A DNA stretch of 64,000 nucleotides from a virus. Taxonomy: Duplodnaviria; Caudoviricetes. Where the stretch lies: IMG/VR virus record IMGVR_UViG_2833005253_000001, positions 1 through 64,000 of that record, one strand, 5' to 3'. The notes under the pieces were generated by a model. The model was not told where the DNA came from. It ran no database searches and was given only the letters and a program-made list of their open reading frames with translations. Position 1 is the first letter of the stretch. Each line of letters opens with the position of its first letter. Positions 61,075 to 64,000 of this stretch are shown one piece after another. The translations under genes were made by a program, and so were the position numbers.

Positions 61075-62134
61075 AGGGCGTCCAGGTCACGGGGCCTGAT
61101 ACGGGCACCTCGGTTTTGCCCAGGGGAAGGTCGGTGGTCGGCAGCCTCAGCTGGTGCGCCACTTCTCCGGCGGCCAGGCTGATGACCTCCCTCAGGCGGG
61201 AGAGAAAAAGTGTGCTTCCCGGTTCGCCCTCCCGTTGAAAAAAGGCCTTGATTTCGGCGATGACGGCAGACCGGATGTCGGGCCGGTCGGTCGATAACGC
61301 GAGAGAAACAGGCACGGATTTGGGGGTCACCGCAAAGACCGTTAAGCCGCTGCCCGCCACGGGTATCAATGGCAGGAGATGGTCTCGCACCTGGGTCAGC
61401 ATGTCCTGTGTGGGCGCGGGATGGTCCGGGTCATCGGTCGCCACCATGACGCCCACGGTACCTGGTCCGTTTTGGTGTCGATGCGTCCAGGCCCGGTCAA
61501 TCCCTGGGAGGGCTTTCGCCCAGCGCACATAGTCTCCATCCGCGTCCCCTTGAGGGATGTCATACCAACGCGCGATGATGCGCTGTCGCCAGCGCTCCAG
61601 GTCTTCGATATCCTGGCCGCCCTGTATCTCATCCGCATAGCCCGTGGAAGAGAGGCCGGGTATCGGCGTCGTTAAACGTAAGGCGGTCCTGTCTTCACAG
61701 TTGCCGGCCTGTCCTGCCTTCTGCGCTCTCACCGGCACGCGAAGCACGCCGTTCACGACAGAGGTGCTGGCCAGGGCAGTGTAGGTCTGCCCATCGTCTC
61801 TTTGTATTTCAGTATCAGAGGACATCGATAGGGCATTGGGCACCCCTTCCCAGCGGACAAACCCCTGGGCCTTAGTGGCCCCTTTTCGGGGACAGCGCTT
61901 GATGTTCGCATGTCGCCCCAGCCAGGCTTCGTCCGCCAGGTCAGGTAACATGTTTCTCGCTAAATAATCCAGATATCCGTATAAGGTGTGCACGGCCGCC
62001 GCCTGCACCCGCGCAGTGACTTCCGCATCACATCGCCTTAACACATTGTCTTCTTGACATCGGGTCAATACCTCACTGCGGATGGTGTCGATCAAGGTCG
62101 GTAGTGAAGGGCGGGAAAATCCGCTATGTTGCAT
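61064..62134 (-). CDS. Baseplate J / Mu gp47-like protein
   Basis: FSRPSLPTL, YLARNMLPDLAD, DYVRWA, GPGTVGV. Confidence 0.92.
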   Translation of the reverse strand: MQHSGFSRPSLPTLIDTIRSEVLTRCQEDNVLRRCDAEVTARVQAAAVHTLYGYLDYLARNMLPDLADEAWLGRHANIKRCPRKGATKAQGFVRWEGVPNALSMSSDTEIQRDDGQTYTALASTSVVNGVLRVPVRAQKAGQAGNCEDRTALRLTTPIPGLSSTGYADEIQGGQDIEDLERWRQRIIARWYDIPQGDADGDYVRWAKALPGIDRAWTHRHQNGPGTVGVMVATDDPDHPAPTQDMLTQVRDHLLPLIPVAGSGLTVFAVTPKSVPVSLALSTDRPDIRSAVIAEIKAFFQREGEPGSTLFLSRLREVISLAAGEVAHQLRLPTTDLPLGKTEVPVSGPVTWTPYAP

Positions 62135-62531
62135 GAATGACCTCCCATAGATGATGAAAGGTGAGGGTTGTCGGGGGGCGCTGGCGCACGGTGAGGGTCA
62201 GCGTCGCGGTGAGCGTATCGGGACCGGAACGAGTGACCGCAATATCTGTGCGATCGACTATCCCATCCTCCCTCATCCACTGGAGGGCCTGCGTGATATA
62301 GTCACGGGCTTTGTGTGCGGTCTGCGCGGTGAGTCTGCTTCGCCTGAGCAGATACAGTCTTGAGCCGATGCGGTCATTCGCCACCGCTGGCCAGGTATCG
62401 CCCCACCATCCCATCGGGGTGTCGGTGTCGTCATCCGGTTCCGCCCGTCGCCAGGTGAACAGGGAGATGACCACCGCTCGGGTCAGTCTGTCTGAAACGG
62501 TCTCAGCAGGATGGCCATGGACCCTCATCAT
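62124..62531 (-). CDS. Mu gp46-like baseplate protein
   Basis: AVVISLFTWRRA, GWWGD, IGSRLYLL. Confidence 0.9.
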   Translation of the reverse strand: MMRVHGHPAETVSDRLTRAVVISLFTWRRAEPDDDTDTPMGWWGDTWPAVANDRIGSRLYLLRRSRLTAQTAHKARDYITQALQWMREDGIVDRTDIAVTRSGPDTLTATLTLTVRQRPPTTLTFHHLWEVIHAT

Positions 62532-63101
62532 TTACCTCATCCTCTGATGAGGCTGGCCTGTGCTGCCCCCGCTGTCGCCTGGGTGGGTGTGGCGGTTGTA
62601 CTGGTCTCGCATTGAACTCAGGGAACCCAGCTTGTCCTGTATTTCAGACTGGGAGACGATGGATTTTTCAGCGGTGATTTCTCCGGAGGTGTCCACCCGA
62701 GGGGTATCGAGCACCACTTTATTTTTGGCTTTCACCACAAAGGTGTCGGTGGTGACTTCTATCACCCGTCCGCGTTTGAGCACAATATGGTCTCCTTCAT
62801 CCGTATACAGGGCCACTTCTCCCGTTTGTAAGTCTTTGAGACGATAACGCCTGTCGGCCATATTGATGACGATGCCATGCGAGCGGTCGCCAGAGAGAAA
62901 CAGGGCCACCCCTTCTGCCCCAGCATGCGCGATGCCGGTGAACCCGTACGGCTCCAGGTATTCCATCCCTGCTTTCGTTTCCCCTGCCATCAAGGAGACA
63001 TCCACTCTCTGGCAGGCCGCGGTGCTGTTCGTTCCTCTGACCATCAGTCTCGAGCAGAGGCGCGATAATCCACGTTGGAACGTCCATAGGGCGTTTTTCA
63101 T
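62532..63101 (-). CDS. Mu gp45-like baseplate spike
   Basis: EYLEPYGFT, DRRYRL..GEVALY, YNRHTH iron-binding tip. Confidence 0.9.
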   Translation of the reverse strand: MKNALWTFQRGLSRLCSRLMVRGTNSTAACQRVDVSLMAGETKAGMEYLEPYGFTGIAHAGAEGVALFLSGDRSHGIVINMADRRYRLKDLQTGEVALYTDEGDHIVLKRGRVIEVTTDTFVVKAKNKVVLDTPRVDTSGEITAEKSIVSQSEIQDKLGSLSSMRDQYNRHTHPGDSGGSTGQPHQRMR

Positions 63102-63102
63102 T
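63088..63102 (+). repeat. 15-bp direct repeat, left of the TA module
   Basis: AGGGCGTTTTTCATT, identical at 63843-63857. Confidence 0.9.
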
Positions 63103-63153
63103 CAATCTCTCCAAAAAAGTGGCGAATTATGTCTATATGGGTATAATTGAGTC

Positions 63154-63525
63154 ATGGAACTGCACATAAAAAAACTGTTTTGGCTGGGTTCATCCAGGAA
63201 AGACTTGAAGAGGATGCCGAGCGATGTTCAAGACACCTTCGGTTATGCATTGCATCAAGCACAAGCTGGGAAAAAACACCCGCAGGCTAAATCGTTAAAG
63301 GGTTTCGGCTCAGCAGGGGTTATTGAAGTTGTCGAAAACTCAGTGGCTGGTACGTTTAGGGCGGTCTACACCGTTAAGTTTGAAGATGCGGTTTATGTAC
63401 TGCATTGTTTTCAAAAGAAGTCAACGCAGGGCATTGCAACACCCAAACCAGATATGGACTTGATCCTGGAACGACTAAAAGCCGCGACATCACATTCCAA
63501 AGGAGAAAAAAATGATCACAGTTGA
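63154..63525 (+). CDS. RelE/ParE-superfamily toxin (HigB / phage gp49-like)
   Basis: WLGSSRKDL, GYALHQAQAG, FRAVYTVKF..VYVLHCFQKKS. Confidence 0.9.
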   Translation: MELHIKKLFWLGSSRKDLKRMPSDVQDTFGYALHQAQAGKKHPQAKSLKGFGSAGVIEVVENSVAGTFRAVYTVKFEDAVYVLHCFQKKSTQGIATPKPDMDLILERLKAATSHSKGEKNDHS

Positions 63526-63835
63526 GGAAAGCAGCGGTAACATCTACGCTGATTTAGGCATATCTGATCCTGATGTGATGCTTGTAAAAGCACAGCTTGC
63601 CACTAAAATCGGAGAAATCATACAAGGTCGAAACTGGAGTCAGTTACATGCCGCTGAGGTTCTCGGCATTCCCCAATCTAAATTATCTAAAATGCTGCGC
63701 GGTCAGTTTCGGGGGATCAGTGAATCCAAGATGCTCGATTGCTTAACTCGACTTGGTCGTGACGTACAGATTGTCGTTAGGCCTGCTCGCCGTGCTGTAT
63801 CGACTGGACGAGTGGATGTTGTGTTCAGCAAATAA
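63512..63835 (+). CDS. XRE HTH antitoxin (HigA-like)
   Basis: SSGNIYADLG, SQLHAAEVLGIPQSKLSKMLRG; overlaps the toxin stop, toxin-first order. Confidence 0.9.
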   Translation: MITVEESSGNIYADLGISDPDVMLVKAQLATKIGEIIQGRNWSQLHAAEVLGIPQSKLSKMLRGQFRGISESKMLDCLTRLGRDVQIVVRPARRAVSTGRVDVVFSK

Positions 63836-63842
63836 TAAAAAC

Positions 63843-63857
63843 AGGGCGTTTTTCATT
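63843..63857 (+). repeat. 15-bp direct repeat, right of the TA module
   Basis: AGGGCGTTTTTCATT; retains the gp44 stop / gp45 start TAATG overlap on the minus strand. Confidence 0.9.
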
Positions 63858-64000
63858 AAAAAAAATCCTCTTCTTCTGACTTCTGTTCTTGAAGAGGGGG
63901 AATATAAGCCGCTTCGGGGGCCACGCGTAATTGGCAGAGGGTGCCCCCTTCATTCTGGGTATACACGACTTCTCCAATCACCAGCTCTCGATGGTGAAAA
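63856..64000 (-). CDS. C-terminus of Mu gp44-like baseplate hub (partial)
   Basis: ELVIGEVVYTQNEGGTLCQLRVAPEAAYIP..EEEDFF*; position upstream of gp45. Confidence 0.75.
   Translation of the reverse strand, partial: FHHRELVIGEVVYTQNEGGTLCQLRVAPEAAYIPPLQEQKSEEEDFF

Larger units (their letters stand above)
50090..64000. mobile_element. Degenerate lambdoid (SfV-like) prophage with Mu-like contractile tail genes and cargo; continues beyond the window
   Basis: ant-xis-int (lambda type) converge on an AT-rich att-like region from the left; baseplate, fibre and cargo genes converge from the right. Confidence 0.7.

Noticed and set aside
449-63150. Numerous short antisense or nested ORFs in the track (for example 449-766, 6433-6867, 14560-15003, 18600-19085, 55133-55579, 60310-61020)
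   Set aside because: They overlap well-supported genes, lack recognisable motifs and are best explained as shadow ORFs; only the Rz1-like nested lipoprotein was kept.

Overview
The window is a stack of prophages, almost certainly from the aphid symbiont Candidatus Hamiltonella defensa (host inferred from phage identity, not from host genes). (1) 1-38967 is an apparently intact APSE podovirus prophage: integrase, SNF2 helicase, family A DNA polymerase, CI/Cro, primase-helicase, Q, a YD/Rhs toxin cassette of the APSE-3 type, lysis genes and a P22/Sf6-like virion operon. It ends in a duplicated 3' half of tRNA-Arg(UCU) (attR). (2) 38968-49240 is an older, decayed prophage at the same tRNA site. 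It has APSE-like int/xis/helicase genes but Mor activator, M15 endolysin, terminase and Mu gp29-type portal late genes, and is hit by two IS630 copies. (3) After an IS3/IS911 remnant, about 50090-64000 is a decayed lambdoid (SfV-like) prophage with lambda-type xis/int, cargo genes (putative effector, HTH-Dcm, autotransporter, HigBA-type TA pair) and Mu-like baseplate genes. The most unusual signal is at 41800-43030: three tandem origin-like modules with the same iteron architecture as the APSE origin but three different iteron sequences. Two of them are preceded by orphan fragments resembling primase-helicase C-termini, making this a candidate cassette array of swappable replication specificity. 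Also seen: a P1-type C4 antisense RNA switch upstream of the APSE Bro antirepressor, integrase arm sites at both APSE ends, and several informative duplications. All protein calls come from motif recognition and synteny by eye; no searches were run.
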